From: Bacteroidales bacterium
GTDB lineage: Bacteria; Bacteroidota; Bacteroidia; Bacteroidales; B18-G4
Assembly (NCBI GenBank): GCA_032250805.1
Contig: JAVVEM010000008.1
Span: 25,774 to 89,773 of the forward strand
Direction of reading: 5' to 3'
Length of the DNA stretch: 64,000 nt
The notes under the pieces are model-generated. The model was not told where the DNA came from. It did no database searches and saw only the letters and a list, made by a program, of their open reading frames with translations. The translations under genes and the position numbers were made by a program. Below are positions 53,368 through 63,925 of the stretch, in pieces (position 1 is the stretch's first letter; every line of letters starts with the position of its first letter).

Positions 53368-55686
53368 CCAGTCATTACCGCTGTTTTCATTAATATACGG
53401 AGGTGGCCCCAGGTCGATTATGCTCACCAGGTCAGGGCCCGGTATGGGAACGCCCACCATTCCGGCTACTTCATTGAGTGTAAAAGGTGCTGCTGAATAA
53501 GGCAGTATAAATTCAGTCTCGCCGTAAATGATCTTATGGTCAACATTATCATTTCCCTGTATCTGTATGACAGGTATTCCGCTGTAAAATTCAATATGGA
53601 AAGGAGAGCCTTCTGTATTGATGGTTTCCACCACATCGCCACTGGCCGGATCGATCTTAAAGATCTTTTTGCTGTTGGCGCTGCAAATGTAGAACAGGTC
53701 TTCAATTACATTATAGGCTACGTCCATGGGGTAATCAGCGTTCAGTGTGTTATGGTAGGTCACCGTTGAGTTTTCTCCATCAATGGAAACAATATCGTAG
53801 CTGGCATCGAAAGTGTTCACGATACATGCTGTTTTGCTCTCTCCATCAATGGCCGCATCGAGCGGAAAATCGCCGGTTGGCAGACTGGCAACGATCTGCC
53901 TTGTTTGCGTATCGAAAACTTTCAATTCGTCATCGAAGCTGGCAGTTACCAGTACTGTGCCTCCATCCGGGCTGACTGTCACAGCGCTTCTGATACCAAA
54001 AAATGGGGTATATACGCCTATGATCCCGCATGGGACAGAAACAAGCACATTTGAATTTGGGCCATCCATCTCCAGCATTGTGAGTGAATTTTGCTTGATA
54101 TTGCCAATGTATGCATGCTGTCCGTCGGGGGCCATTTCAACGATCATGGGGCGTTGCCCGGTGATCACCGTTGTGGCCAGGCTATTATCCGACATATCGA
54201 TGATCTTCACCCTGTTGTTATCATATCCTCCTGCAACGGCCCATTGCCCGTCGGGAGTAATGGCTACATCATAACAGCTTTCCTCAACAGGTACTGCCGT
54301 AATCGCTTCCATGCTCCCGAGGTTGATTACCGGCACATTATATGAAAGGTTTCCTGCCGCCAAAGCACGCGTTCGGTCATTGTTGATGGCTACAGCCCCG
54401 GGTGTGTCGCCTTCGGGCTGCTCTCCCGCCAGCATTGTACCCCTGTAATCAATATCATCGGGTGTAGTAAAATCGAAGAAATACGCACCTTCATAGCGCA
54501 GGGGATCATAGCCGAACACATGATAATTTACTGGTGATACTGCTCCGAACGACTGGTTTAACCCAGTGTACTGGTCTTCGATCTGTTCGGTATCAAAGTT
54601 CACGATCGAAAACCTGTTCTGTCCGCTTACGGCATAGAGGTGGTCGTATGAAACACCCAGCCAGAAAGCGGTATATGTGGAGTTGAATGTTACGAAGTCT
54701 TCTGTTTCAAACCGCACCAGGGTGCTGGTATTGTTTGTGGTACCGATATATGCTTTGCTTCCATCCTGGTTGGCAACAATGGCATTGGTGCCAAGGCCGT
54801 ATCCGGTAATTTCAACGCTGTCGGTGATCTGGTACGTGGCAAGGTCGATCTGGTAAACCGTGCATTGATTGTCGGGGTTGCTGGCGCAGAGCAGGTAGTT
54901 GCCGTTGCCGGATACTGCTACTGCGCGGGGGCCGTTTATCGCAATACTTCCCACAAGAACGTAAGTGTTCGTTGAAAAAATATCGACACTGCCATCGGGA
55001 TTTGCAATAGCGATCCTGTTGCCCGCGGGCAGCACAACAAAGCCATTGTATTTTTCCCAGCCCCTGTTTACCTGCGCAGCCCAGGAAAAGGTATTGAGAT
55101 AGACAGGGAAATTATCGATCTTGCCAATATATGATTGCGAGGCCATGTCGAAGGCCATACAGGTATTGTCGATATCGCATGCTACATAGGCGATATTGCC
55201 GTCGGGGCTTATCTCAATGCTGCAGGGTTGTTCATCGGTGGGCAATACCGCGGCAATGCTGTAATCAAACAGGTCGATAAAATATATGCTGTCGGAAAAC
55301 TGGCATCCAATTACGGCGAAATCATTGTTTGCACCCACGCAGGAAGGGTATTCACCAACCCCAACATTGGCCAGCACATCCATGCTTGCCCAGTCGTATA
55401 TTGTAACAATGTTGGTGATCCTGCTGGTAAGCAGCACGCTGTTCCCGTCGGGGGTAAAGCTGCAATTTCCCATGTAATCGCCTTCCGGCGCAATACCCGG
55501 ATCGATGTTGAATTGCTCTGCCATATATGCGTGGCCCTTATTGAGATGGTAAGTGCCATGATGTTGAATGACCTCAATATTCAGATCACCATCGGAATTG
55601 GTAAGCAGGCTTTTTGATTCCTGCGCCTGTAGTGTCATGATCCCTGCAGCTGCAATGATCATGGTAAGTAAAAGATTTTTCATCAT
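53152..55686 (-). CDS. Secreted YVTN-type beta-propeller repeat protein with T9SS C-terminal sorting domain
   Basis: Signal peptide MMKNLLLTMIIAAAGIMTLQAQ. Repeated ~40-aa blades include AYVACDIDNTCMAFDM, AYIGTTNNTSTLVRFE and AYIGNIKQNSLTMLEM. Tail reads LRIYPNPASEILFI...GTYVISL. Confidence 0.75.
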   Translation of the reverse strand: MMKNLLLTMIIAAAGIMTLQAQESKSLLTNSDGDLNIEVIQHHGTYHLNKGHAYMAEQFNIDPGIAPEGDYMGNCSFTPDGNSVLLTSRITNIVTIYDWASMDVLANVGVGEYPSCVGANNDFAVIGCQFSDSIYFIDLFDYSIAAVLPTDEQPCSIEISPDGNIAYVACDIDNTCMAFDMASQSYIGKIDNFPVYLNTFSWAAQVNRGWEKYNGFVVLPAGNRIAIANPDGSVDIFSTNTYVLVGSIAINGPRAVAVSGNGNYLLCASNPDNQCTVYQIDLATYQITDSVEITGYGLGTNAIVANQDGSKAYIGTTNNTSTLVRFETEDFVTFNSTYTAFWLGVSYDHLYAVSGQNRFSIVNFDTEQIEDQYTGLNQSFGAVSPVNYHVFGYDPLRYEGAYFFDFTTPDDIDYRGTMLAGEQPEGDTPGAVAINNDRTRALAAGNLSYNVPVINLGSMEAITAVPVEESCYDVAITPDGQWAVAGGYDNNRVKIIDMSDNSLATTVITGQRPMIVEMAPDGQHAYIGNIKQNSLTMLEMDGPNSNVLVSVPCGIIGVYTPFFGIRSAVTVSPDGGTVLVTASFDDELKVFDTQTRQIVASLPTGDFPLDAAIDGESKTACIVNTFDASYDIVSIDGENSTVTYHNTLNADYPMDVAYNVIEDLFYICSANSKKIFKIDPASGDVVETINTEGSPFHIEFYSGIPVIQIQGNDNVDHKIIYGETEFILPYSAAPFTLNEVAGMVGVPIPGPDLVSIIDLGPPPYINENSGNDWLRIYPNPASEILFISSEKDFEKLQIFDSKGQLMIQKNASCSSVNISSLPAGTYVISLSNKSLVMSKIFVAE

Positions 55687-55851
55687 GTATCCAATTTTGA
55701 GCTAAACTGTATTTTACACCGCAATGTAGCAAAATATGCTGTATTTTAGGGCTGAAGCCTGAATATTTATAAATGATGAGGATATTCATACCTTTGTTTG
55801 TATTGAACATCATGCTATTATAAAACGTTATAGACTTAAAAGATTTGAGCC

Positions 55852-56295
55852 ATGGAGAACAAAGCAGTTTTGGTAAGCGTATTCAGAAAATCGCATTTCA
55901 ATGCAGCGCATCGTTTACATAACCCTGACCTTGCCGACGCAACAAACAGGAAGGTATTTGGTGTATGCAATAACCCCAATTATCACGGGCATAATTACGA
56001 CCTGGTGGTAAAAGTAACGGGGCCCATCGATCCCAAAACCGGTTATGTGATGGATATGAAAATATTGCAGGATCTTATTGATGAGCACATTATTGCCCGT
56101 TTCGACCACAAAAACCTTAACCTTGATACAGAGGAATTCAGATCGCTGAATCCCACTGCCGAGAATATTGCCGTGGTGATCTGGGATATTCTCAGGAATT
56201 ATATCGATGCCGGTAAAGCGCTGAGCATTATCCTGTACGAAACGGCGCGGAATTTTGTAGAGTATAGCGGGCCTTCGGAACAAATGCCGGCTTAG
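55852..56295 (+). CDS. queD: 6-carboxytetrahydropterin / 6-pyruvoyl-tetrahydropterin synthase family protein
   Basis: FNAAHRLHNP...CNNPNYHGHNY...FDHKNLN, the PTPS/QueD signature with Zn-binding His residues. Confidence 0.8.
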   Translation: MENKAVLVSVFRKSHFNAAHRLHNPDLADATNRKVFGVCNNPNYHGHNYDLVVKVTGPIDPKTGYVMDMKILQDLIDEHIIARFDHKNLNLDTEEFRSLNPTAENIAVVIWDILRNYIDAGKALSIILYETARNFVEYSGPSEQMPA

Positions 56296-56579
56296 TGGAT
56301 TTTTTCTGATTTTCCACTGTTTTTCAGTTTTACTTTTTTTACGATGATCCTTGGTACCGGGTCAATCCCCGATGTTCCCCAGGGATGACAGCTTGATATG
56401 CGTTTTACGGCCAGCCAGCTGCCACGCAGCGGACCATGCATCTTAATGGCCTGTATGCTGTACTCCGAGCATGTGGGGTAATGCCGGCATGAAGCCGGCG
56501 TAAGGGGCGAAACCACATATTTGTATATATAAATGAGGACAACCAGGGGCAGGGCCAGGATATTTTTAAGGGTCTTCAT
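56292..56579 (-). CDS. yidD: Membrane protein insertion efficiency factor YidD
   Basis: YKYVVSPLTPASCRHYPTCSEYSIQAIKMHGPLRGSWLAVKRISSCHPW. The stop overlaps the queD 3' end by 4 nt (convergent). Confidence 0.85.
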   Translation of the reverse strand: MKTLKNILALPLVVLIYIYKYVVSPLTPASCRHYPTCSEYSIQAIKMHGPLRGSWLAVKRISSCHPWGTSGIDPVPRIIVKKVKLKNSGKSEKIH

Positions 56580-56589
56580 AAATACGGTC

Positions 56590-58575
56590 TTAACTGAGAT
56601 GGTGTTTCAGCAGTTTAAATAATTCGGTTTTTCTTACGGGCTTGCTTAATACCGCGCTGAAGTGTTTTTTTAAATCGCTTTTTGCCTTGCCTTTTAAACT
56701 GCTGTCGAACAGGCCAATAATGCTCTGCAAAGGGTTTTTCTCCCTGATCTTTTTAATGAGTTCAATATCCTGATTGCCGTCCCACCCGATCAGGCACAGG
56801 TCGACCTGTGTGTTTGAGTTGTAAAATTCCAGTGCTTGTTCGGCGCTGTTGAAATAGTGCAGTTTAACCTTGCCTTTAAGCATCTCCTCCAGGGCTATAT
56901 AGTCTTTTATATCATCCTCGATGATCAGCACCTGTTTTTCTTTCCATTCATCTTTTTCGATGGGCTTGCTGCTTTCGTGCGCAACAATTATACGGGGGAT
57001 CTCAAAAAAGAATGTCGACCCTTTTCCACTGGCCGATTCTACCCATATTTTGCCGCCCAGCTTGCTGATCAGGCTTTGCGTGATGGGCAGGCCAAGCCCG
57101 GTACCCTCTTTTTTGGCACCCAGTGGATCGGGCTCCTGGATGAAACGTTCAAAGATCTTTTTCTGATATTGTTTTGAAATGCCAAGACCTGTATCTTTCA
57201 CATGGAAGCGGATGCCCGTTTCATCAATGATCCTGTAACCGTATTCAACATACCCTTCATGCGTGAATTTAAATGCATTGGAAATCAGATTGGTAAGTAC
57301 CTGCCGCAGCCTCGATGGATCAGAGTTAATAACGATCTCTGCTGATCCCGCTCCGAGCGAAGTTTTTAATTTTATGTCTTTTTCTGATCTTTTCTTTTTT
57401 AAGGTTTCGAAAACGGGGAATAATTCTTTCAGGAACAGATTGAGTTCAAAGTTAATGCGGTAAAGTTTTATTTCCTGCGATTGTAGTTTCGTAAATTCAA
57501 GAATATCATTTATAAGGTTCAGCAGTGCGTTGCTGTTGCTTTCGATAATGCTTACCAGTTCCTCGCGCCGTTTTTCGTCCTGGTTGGGGGCATGCAGCAG
57601 GTTACTGAAACTGATGATCGCCTTAATGGGTGTTTGTATCTCATGCGACACATTGGCCAGGAAAACCCCTTTGAGGTGATCCGATTCCTCGGCCTTTTCC
57701 TTGGCTTTGATCAGCTCACGCTCAGCTTTTTCCTTTTCTTTGATCTCATCCGACAGCCGAATGGTTCGCTCTTTAACTTTCTCTTCAAGCTCGAAGTTCA
57801 GGCTGCGCAGCTCTTCCATCATCTTTTTTTGTGAGGTAATATCAACCATAACGCCCCTGATCCCCGACAGTTTGCCATTCTCCGTGGTCCCGCTCGTATA
57901 GATGAGCGCCGGGAACAGATCACCCTTTTTGGTTCTGCACATCAGCTCCTGTTCCTGCATGTTTGCTCCTGAAGCAATGATGTTGCGGATATCTTTTTTT
58001 GTTCTTTTATTCTCCAGGCTGATCACGTCATACATGTATAGTCCCTTTTCAAAATCTTTGCGTGTATACCCGAATTTTTTCAGTGCCAGTCTGTTTACGA
58101 AGGTGAACCTTCCTTCGGGGTCGGCTTCGAATACAACCTGGGGGAGGAGGGCGGCAAAATCCTGGAATTTTTTTTCGGTTTCGGCAACCTTTTTGCTGAG
58201 CTGGATGGTTTCGCCCAGCTCACTGATCTTATTTTCAAGCCTGACATTATCGATGGGCTTAAGCAGATATCCGTCAACGCCCAGGTCGATAGAACGGATA
58301 AAATAATCAATATCTGAATGGCCTGAGATCATGATCACTTTTACCTGCTGATCAATTTTTTTTATCTGCCTGATCATCTCCAGGCCATCCATACCCGGCA
58401 TCATAATATCGGTGATGATAATTTCCGGATGCATCTGCATGAAGGTGTCAAGGCCTTCATTTCCCGACATGGCAGTGTAAACACGGGCAACGATCTTTTT
58501 CAGGAATTCGGAATATACCATTAGCGAAAGACGGTCGTCTTCTACCAGCAACACAGAAATATTATATTTGGCCAT
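56590..58575 (-). CDS. Hybrid sensor kinase REC-PAS-HisKA-HATPase-REC
   Basis: N-terminal receiver (VLLVEDDRLS...IITDIMMPGMDG), a PAS-like segment, H-box SHEIQTPIKAI, ATPase GTGLGLPITQ, and a second C-terminal receiver-like domain (VLIIEDDIKD). Confidence 0.85.
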   Translation of the reverse strand: MAKYNISVLLVEDDRLSLMVYSEFLKKIVARVYTAMSGNEGLDTFMQMHPEIIITDIMMPGMDGLEMIRQIKKIDQQVKVIMISGHSDIDYFIRSIDLGVDGYLLKPIDNVRLENKISELGETIQLSKKVAETEKKFQDFAALLPQVVFEADPEGRFTFVNRLALKKFGYTRKDFEKGLYMYDVISLENKRTKKDIRNIIASGANMQEQELMCRTKKGDLFPALIYTSGTTENGKLSGIRGVMVDITSQKKMMEELRSLNFELEEKVKERTIRLSDEIKEKEKAERELIKAKEKAEESDHLKGVFLANVSHEIQTPIKAIISFSNLLHAPNQDEKRREELVSIIESNSNALLNLINDILEFTKLQSQEIKLYRINFELNLFLKELFPVFETLKKKRSEKDIKLKTSLGAGSAEIVINSDPSRLRQVLTNLISNAFKFTHEGYVEYGYRIIDETGIRFHVKDTGLGISKQYQKKIFERFIQEPDPLGAKKEGTGLGLPITQSLISKLGGKIWVESASGKGSTFFFEIPRIIVAHESSKPIEKDEWKEKQVLIIEDDIKDYIALEEMLKGKVKLHYFNSAEQALEFYNSNTQVDLCLIGWDGNQDIELIKKIREKNPLQSIIGLFDSSLKGKAKSDLKKHFSAVLSKPVRKTELFKLLKHHLS

Positions 58576-58757
58576 CGGGCTTACAATTTTTTTTATAACT
58601 TTAACAAATATATGAATAACATGTGATCCCTGTCTTAAGTAATATCACTGAGATAAAAATCCGTCGCAGCGGGTAGTGGATTTTGCAAGGAAATAGTGTA
58701 TTTTTACATTCTGGTAAATACGTAAATGCATCATGGGGATACATAAATTTCGATAAA

Positions 58758-59408
58758 ATGAAAAAGATCAGGATACTCATTGTTGAAGATCATGAGGTCG
58801 TCATCAAAGGCATCAAAACACTGCTTGAGCCCAACGAAGATCTCGAGATCGTTGGATATGCGCTTGATAGCGACGAGGCCATGCGAAAAGTCGACGAGCT
58901 CCGGCCTGATATCATCATTATGGATATCAACCTGCCCGAAGTTTCGGGTATCGAGATTACCGAAAAGATCAGCGAGCAGTTTCCGCTTAGCAAAGTGATC
59001 TATTATACCTCTCATGTTGATGAGGAACTGATCACTCAGGGTTTTGAAGCCGGGGCTTTTGGATATGTGCCTAAGAATTTCAAACCCCAGGAACTCATCG
59101 AAGCCATTCATATGGTCCATGACGGGCAGAAATTTATGAAAGGCATCGTAAGCGAAAAATTTATTGCCAGCTATTTGAAATCTGAAAAAGAGAAAAAACT
59201 AAAGCAGGATATCCCTCTTTCCGAAAGGGAACTCGAAGTGTTAAAGCATATGAGCCTTGGGCTGAGCAATAAGCAAATTGCCGACAAGCTCTTTATCAGC
59301 ATCCGCACCGTGGAAACCCACAAGCATAACCTGATGAAGAAACTGAACATCTTCTCCACTGCCGAGCTGGTGATCTACGCCATCCAGAACAACATCATTA
59401 AGATCTGA
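58758..59408 (+). CDS. NarL/LuxR-family response regulator
   Basis: MKKIRILIVEDHEVVIKG...IIIMDINLPEVSG, with C-terminal LSERELEVLKHMSLGLSNKQIADKLFISIRTVETHKHN. The start was trimmed from 58683. Confidence 0.88.
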   Translation: MKKIRILIVEDHEVVIKGIKTLLEPNEDLEIVGYALDSDEAMRKVDELRPDIIIMDINLPEVSGIEITEKISEQFPLSKVIYYTSHVDEELITQGFEAGAFGYVPKNFKPQELIEAIHMVHDGQKFMKGIVSEKFIASYLKSEKEKKLKQDIPLSERELEVLKHMSLGLSNKQIADKLFISIRTVETHKHNLMKKLNIFSTAELVIYAIQNNIIKI

Positions 59409-59551
59409 TTTTTGTTACTACGTATTTCCACGTAGCGGCATAAGTAAACGATGCAGGAAGATTCGGTATATAAACCGATTGTTTTGCATTGGCCAGGCGC
59501 CTTATCTTTGGCTCGTAATCGTATCGTAATTTATTAGATTTGGGTTTAGGT

Positions 59552-59590
59552 TCCGGGGCTCTCCCAAAGGGTCCCGGATTCCTTTTTTAT
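59552..59590 (+). terminator. Candidate intrinsic terminator
   Basis: TCCGGG...CCCGGA is a GC stem enclosing CCC-AAA-GGG, followed by TTCCTTTTTTAT. It lies 145 nt downstream of the LuxR-family gene. Confidence 0.35.
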
Positions 59591-59741
59591 ATCCAATATG
59601 CAAGTGAACTCATCCCGACACAGGAGGGATCTCCTTCACCGCACCTTTCTCCAAATTCAGCGAAAACAAATGTTATTTGATACAGGTCCTGGAGAATTTA
59701 CAGTTTACAATGTACATTTTGCAGTTTACAAATTATTGCAG

Positions 59742-59773
59742 TCGTTTAGTCGTTTATTCGTTTAGTCGTTTGG
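59742..59773. repeat. Tandem octamer TCGTTT(AG/AT/GG) x4
   Basis: The four units read tcgtttag, tcgtttat, tcgtttag and tcgtttgg. They are preceded by CAGTTTACAA at 59701-59710 and 59722-59731. Confidence 0.9.
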
Positions 59774-59938
59774 TTGTAACAAGAAAGTAGCAGATTTTTG
59801 TTAACCGTCTACGGGGGGATCAGGCTGAAATGCCCTTCGACTTCGCTCAGGATGACAATTTTGATCGCATCCAACATATTGTTCTCGGCTCCGCTCGAAC
59901 AAGGGTGTGACATTTTTGGGTTTTGGGTACTAATAAGT

Positions 59939-60040
59939 ATGAAGGTATATTATGTTTACTTGCTGGAATGTAGTGATGGTTCTTGTTATGTCGGTGTAAC
60001 AAATGACTTGTCAATGCGGATAACGGGAACCCGGCACTAA
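59939..60040 (+). pseudogene. N-terminal remnant (33 codons) of a GIY-YIG nuclease family gene
   Basis: MKVYYVYLLECSDGSCYVGVTNDLSMRI matches the GIY...YIG/YVG N-terminal half-motif of small (~90-100 aa) GIY-YIG proteins. The reading frame stops at 60040, overlapping the uvrA stop codon. Confidence 0.5.
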
Positions 60041-62838
60041 TACAGGTATTTTCCGGTGTAGGAAGCCGGCTCATGAATGATCTCTTCAGGTGTGCCTTCA
60101 AACACAATATTTCCTCCGGCTTCGCCGCCTTCAGGCCCCAGGTCGATGATCCAGTCGGCTGCCTTGATGATCTCCTGGTTATGCTCAATAATGATCAGGC
60201 TGTGGCCGTGGTCGAGCAGGGCATTGAAGGCATTCAGCAGGTTGTGGATATCATGAAAGTGCAAACCTGTGGTGGGTTCATCGAAAATGAAAAGGGTAGG
60301 GGCTTCGTTGCTTCCTCTTGCAAGGAAAAATGCCAGCTTTATGCGTTGTGCTTCACCGCCGCTGAGGGTGCTCGACGATTGCCCCATGCGCAGGTAGCCA
60401 AGTCCGACATCCTGCAGCGGTTGTAATTTTGAAACAATCCTTCTGGCCGTTGCATTCCCGGCCGATCCTTCTTCAAAAAATAAAACAGCGTCGTTAATCG
60501 TAAGGTCGAGAACCTCGCTGATGTTCTTGCCGCGATACTGAATCTCCAGCACTTCTTCCTTGAAACGTTTGCCTGCACAATGATCGCACTGCAGGTAGAT
60601 ATCGGCCATAAACTGCATTTCTATCTTAACAATACCTTCGCCCTCGCATTCTTCACATCGCCCGCCCGGCACATTAAAGGAGAAAAAGCCGGGTTTATAA
60701 TTCCTCACTTTTGCAAGCTTCTGGTCGGCAAAGAGTGAGCGTATATCATCAAAGGCTTTGATGTAGGTTGCCGGGTTTGACCTTGAAGAACGTCCGATTG
60801 GGTTTTGGTCTACAAATTCCAGTGATCTTACCAGTTCGGTATCGCCGCTCAGACGCACATATTTGCCAGTCTTGCGCGCATAGCCGCCATGCAGTTTCTT
60901 GAGGGCAGGGAAAAGGATGCTGCTCACCAGCGAGGATTTTCCTGATCCGCTCACGCCCGTAACCACTGTCATCACATTGAGGGGGAAGCTTACATCGATA
61001 TTTTTCAGGTTGTTTTCCATGGCCCCGTGCACCCGGACAAAATCTTTCCACTTTCTTCTTTTTTCCCGCAGAGGGATCTTCATGTTTCCACTGATATATT
61101 TTCCCGTGAGGCTTTTTTTATCTTTCTTCAGCTCAGCATAGGTTCCGTTAAATATCAGTTCGCCGCCCTGGCTTCCTGCCAGCGGACCGATATCGATGAT
61201 GTGGTCGGCTGCGCGGATAATATCCTGATCGTGTTCAACTACAATAACAGTATTTCCAAGGTCGCGCAACTGTGTCAGCACGTGGATCAGCCGCATGGTA
61301 TCGCGCGGATGCAAACCAATGCTGGGCTCGTCGAGGATATACATCGAGCCCACCAGGTTGCTTCCCAGCGATGTGGCCAGGTTGATCCTTTGCGACTCAC
61401 CGCCCGAAAGGGATGATGACAGCCGGTTCAGATTGAGGTAACCCAACCCTACATCACTCAGGTATTGCAGTCGGTTGGTGATCTCGGTCAATAAGCGTTT
61501 TGCAATTTTATGCTCATGAGCACTGATCCCGAGGGTGCTCATCTTTTCGAGCAATTGGTCGACGGGCAGGCTTACAGCTTCACTCATGTTCATCCCGTCA
61601 ACTTTAACATAATTGGCATCTTTGCGCAACCGGGTGCCTTTGCATTCAGGACAGATTGTTTTTCCGCGGTAGCGCGATAACATTACCCTGTATTGTATTT
61701 TATAGGTTTGCTCCTCAACTTCCCTGAAAAACTCGTTCAGGCCTGAAAAATATTTATTTCCGGTCCATAACAGATTATATTCTTCTTCGCTGAGCTCAAA
61801 GACCGGCTTGTGTACCGGAAAATTGAATTTATGGGCTTTGGATATGAGCCAGTCTTTCCATTCACCCATTTTTTCTCCTTTCCAGCATGCAATAGCTCCT
61901 TCATATACCGACAGCCCTTTGTCGGGTATCACCAGGTCGGGGTCGATCCCGATAACGCTGCCAAACCCTTCGCAGGTTTTACAGGCCCCGTAAGGGTTGT
62001 TGAATGTAAACAGGTTTACCGATGGTTTTTCGAAAATCATTCCATCACGTTCGTAACGGTCAGAGAACGTCTTCTTATGCCCGCTTTCGCCCATCATCTC
62101 AACCACACAGCGGCCGTTTCCTTCGTAAAAGGATGTTTGTACCGAATCGGCGATGCGCGAGGGCAGGTCTTCGTCGTCATCGCTGATCAGCACCCTGTCG
62201 ACAAGAATAAATACACCATTACCATTACTGTCCAGGTTTTTATTCTCAAAAGCCTCGGTGATCTTCAGCATTTTATCCTTGTAAATGATCCTGCTGAATC
62301 CCTGTTGATGCAATATGTTCAACTGTTCGCTGAGCTTGCGGTCGCCCTTAAGCTGGAGGGGTGCCAGAATGCGTACTTCAGCTTGCTGCGGAAGGGCCAA
62401 AAGGTAATCTACCACATCAGAGACATCATGTTTCTTTACTTCCTTCCCGGAAACGGGTGAGTAGGTTTTGCCAATCCTTGCAAAAAGCAGCTTGAGGTAT
62501 TCATATATCTCCGTTGAGGTGCCCACTGTTGACCTGGGATTGCGTGTATTTACCTTTTGCTCAATGGCGATGGCAGGCGATACCCCGCGTATCAGATCCA
62601 CTTCAGGTTTGCTCATCCTGCCCAGGAACTGCCGGGCATAAGCACTCAGGCTTTCCACATACCGGCGCTGGCCATCAGCATAGAGGGTGTCGAAGGCAAG
62701 TGATGATTTTCCTGATCCCGAAAGCCCGGTGATCACCACCAATTTATTTCTTGGTATGGTGATATTAATATTTTTTAAGTTATGCACCCGGGCACCTTTA
62801 ATGAATATAAACTTCTTAGGATCAGGTATTTCGGTCAT
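60037..62838 (-). CDS. uvrA: Excinuclease ABC subunit A
   Basis: [48 protein letters not shown], two ABC modules, and zinc-finger cysteines. The start was trimmed to MTEIPDPKK (ATG at 62838). Confidence 0.95.
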   Translation of the reverse strand: MTEIPDPKKFIFIKGARVHNLKNINITIPRNKLVVITGLSGSGKSSLAFDTLYADGQRRYVESLSAYARQFLGRMSKPEVDLIRGVSPAIAIEQKVNTRNPRSTVGTSTEIYEYLKLLFARIGKTYSPVSGKEVKKHDVSDVVDYLLALPQQAEVRILAPLQLKGDRKLSEQLNILHQQGFSRIIYKDKMLKITEAFENKNLDSNGNGVFILVDRVLISDDDEDLPSRIADSVQTSFYEGNGRCVVEMMGESGHKKTFSDRYERDGMIFEKPSVNLFTFNNPYGACKTCEGFGSVIGIDPDLVIPDKGLSVYEGAIACWKGEKMGEWKDWLISKAHKFNFPVHKPVFELSEEEYNLLWTGNKYFSGLNEFFREVEEQTYKIQYRVMLSRYRGKTICPECKGTRLRKDANYVKVDGMNMSEAVSLPVDQLLEKMSTLGISAHEHKIAKRLLTEITNRLQYLSDVGLGYLNLNRLSSSLSGGESQRINLATSLGSNLVGSMYILDEPSIGLHPRDTMRLIHVLTQLRDLGNTVIVVEHDQDIIRAADHIIDIGPLAGSQGGELIFNGTYAELKKDKKSLTGKYISGNMKIPLREKRRKWKDFVRVHGAMENNLKNIDVSFPLNVMTVVTGVSGSGKSSLVSSILFPALKKLHGGYARKTGKYVRLSGDTELVRSLEFVDQNPIGRSSRSNPATYIKAFDDIRSLFADQKLAKVRNYKPGFFSFNVPGGRCEECEGEGIVKIEMQFMADIYLQCDHCAGKRFKEEVLEIQYRGKNISEVLDLTINDAVLFFEEGSAGNATARRIVSKLQPLQDVGLGYLRMGQSSSTLSGGEAQRIKLAFFLARGSNEAPTLFIFDEPTTGLHFHDIHNLLNAFNALLDHGHSLIIIEHNQEIIKAADWIIDLGPEGGEAGGNIVFEGTPEEIIHEPASYTGKYLY

Positions 62839-63060
62839 AATTAACGCTTGGTATCGGTTATTTGGAGGTGCAAAATTATTTAAAAAATTTGCATTTCTCA
62901 TCAGAATACCTATATTTGCAGCATAATGTAACAATTTATACGAAAGAAAGTATAAATAATCAAAACCGGCAGGACTTGTTTTTAGCCCGCCACTAAACTG
63001 GAGGACAACTATCGATTAATATTTACCCTTTTTACTAAACATACTTAAAAAGGGAGGCAT

Positions 63061-63648
63061 ATGAAAGCCTGTAACGCTAGCGACAGCGAGCTAATTGCAA
63101 AATATATTGATGGTAGTCAGAACAGTCTCGAATTACTCATCCACCGTCACAAGAACAGAGTCTTTGCTTACATCCTTATGGTTGTAAAAGACAAGCAATT
63201 GGCCGACGATATTTTTCAGGATACTTTTATCAAGGTAATTAACACCATCCAGGCCGGATCATACAAGGAGGAGGGTAAGTTTATCCAATGGGTGATGCGG
63301 ATCGCCCACAACCTGATCATCGATTATTTCAGAAAATCAAAACGTATTCCGGTTGTTGATAATGACAGCTACGACTTTGACATATTTGATACCATACAAT
63401 TCACTGATCCTTCGGTAGAAGATCAAATGATCATTGATCAGATTCATAAGGACGTACGGGAGCTTGTAGAGCATTTGCCCGATGAGCAGAAAGAAGTTTT
63501 GTTTATGCGGCACTATTCGGATATGAGTTTCAAGGATATCGCCGAACAAACCGATGTTAGCATTAATACGGCCCTCGGACGTATGCGCTATGCTCTCATA
63601 AACCTGCGTAAACTGATCAAGGAAAAGGATATTGTCCTTACCCGCTAA
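63061..63648 (+). CDS. RNA polymerase sigma factor, sigma-70/ECF family
   Basis: Region 2 is DIFQDTFIKV...WVMRIAHNLIIDYFRK. Region 4 is QKEVLFMRHYSDMSFKDIAEQTDVSINTALGRMRYA. Confidence 0.85.
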   Translation: MKACNASDSELIAKYIDGSQNSLELLIHRHKNRVFAYILMVVKDKQLADDIFQDTFIKVINTIQAGSYKEEGKFIQWVMRIAHNLIIDYFRKSKRIPVVDNDSYDFDIFDTIQFTDPSVEDQMIIDQIHKDVRELVEHLPDEQKEVLFMRHYSDMSFKDIAEQTDVSINTALGRMRYALINLRKLIKEKDIVLTR

Positions 63649-63726
63649 ATTTTTATCCACAAATAAAATAAAGCATAACTGGTTGCGTTATAGTGATGAA
63701 TTGAATGTTCATCTAATTATAACTCT

Positions 63727-63894
63727 ATGCCAAAAACCTTTACTCCACAAAATCAACCTGACACTACACACTTGAGAAAAGCGCTTCTTGCCGGGCCGGG
63801 GGAACAATCCCTTAAAAATATTTTTGCCTATGCCAGAGCACTTCATGTAGTGAAAACAAAGACGACCGGAACGGTCAACTTACTAATGAATTAA
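63727..63894 (+). CDS. Possible small ORF (55 aa) downstream of the sigma factor
   Basis: Below the track's length cutoff; I translated it myself as MPKTFTPQNQPDTTHLRKALLAGPGEQSLKNIFAYARALHVVKTKTTGTVNLLMN. A strong terminator follows directly. No family recognised. Confidence 0.35.
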   Translation: MPKTFTPQNQPDTTHLRKALLAGPGEQSLKNIFAYARALHVVKTKTTGTVNLLMN

Positions 63895-63898
63895 TCAC

Positions 63899-63925
63899 AG
63901 CCCCGCAACAGGGGCTTTTTTTTTA
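63899..63925 (+). terminator. Rho-independent terminator
   Basis: AGCCCC-GCAACA-GGGGCT followed by a 9-T run. Confidence 0.7.

Noticed and set aside
62869-62893. Inverted repeat TGCAAA-N13-TTTGCA in the uvrA/sigma-factor divergent region, considered as an SOS operator.
   Set aside because: The arms are 6-bp and AT-rich in an AT-rich region, so chance occurrence is likely. It does not resemble the GAAC-N4-GTTC palindrome at 16664 or any LexA motif I can name.
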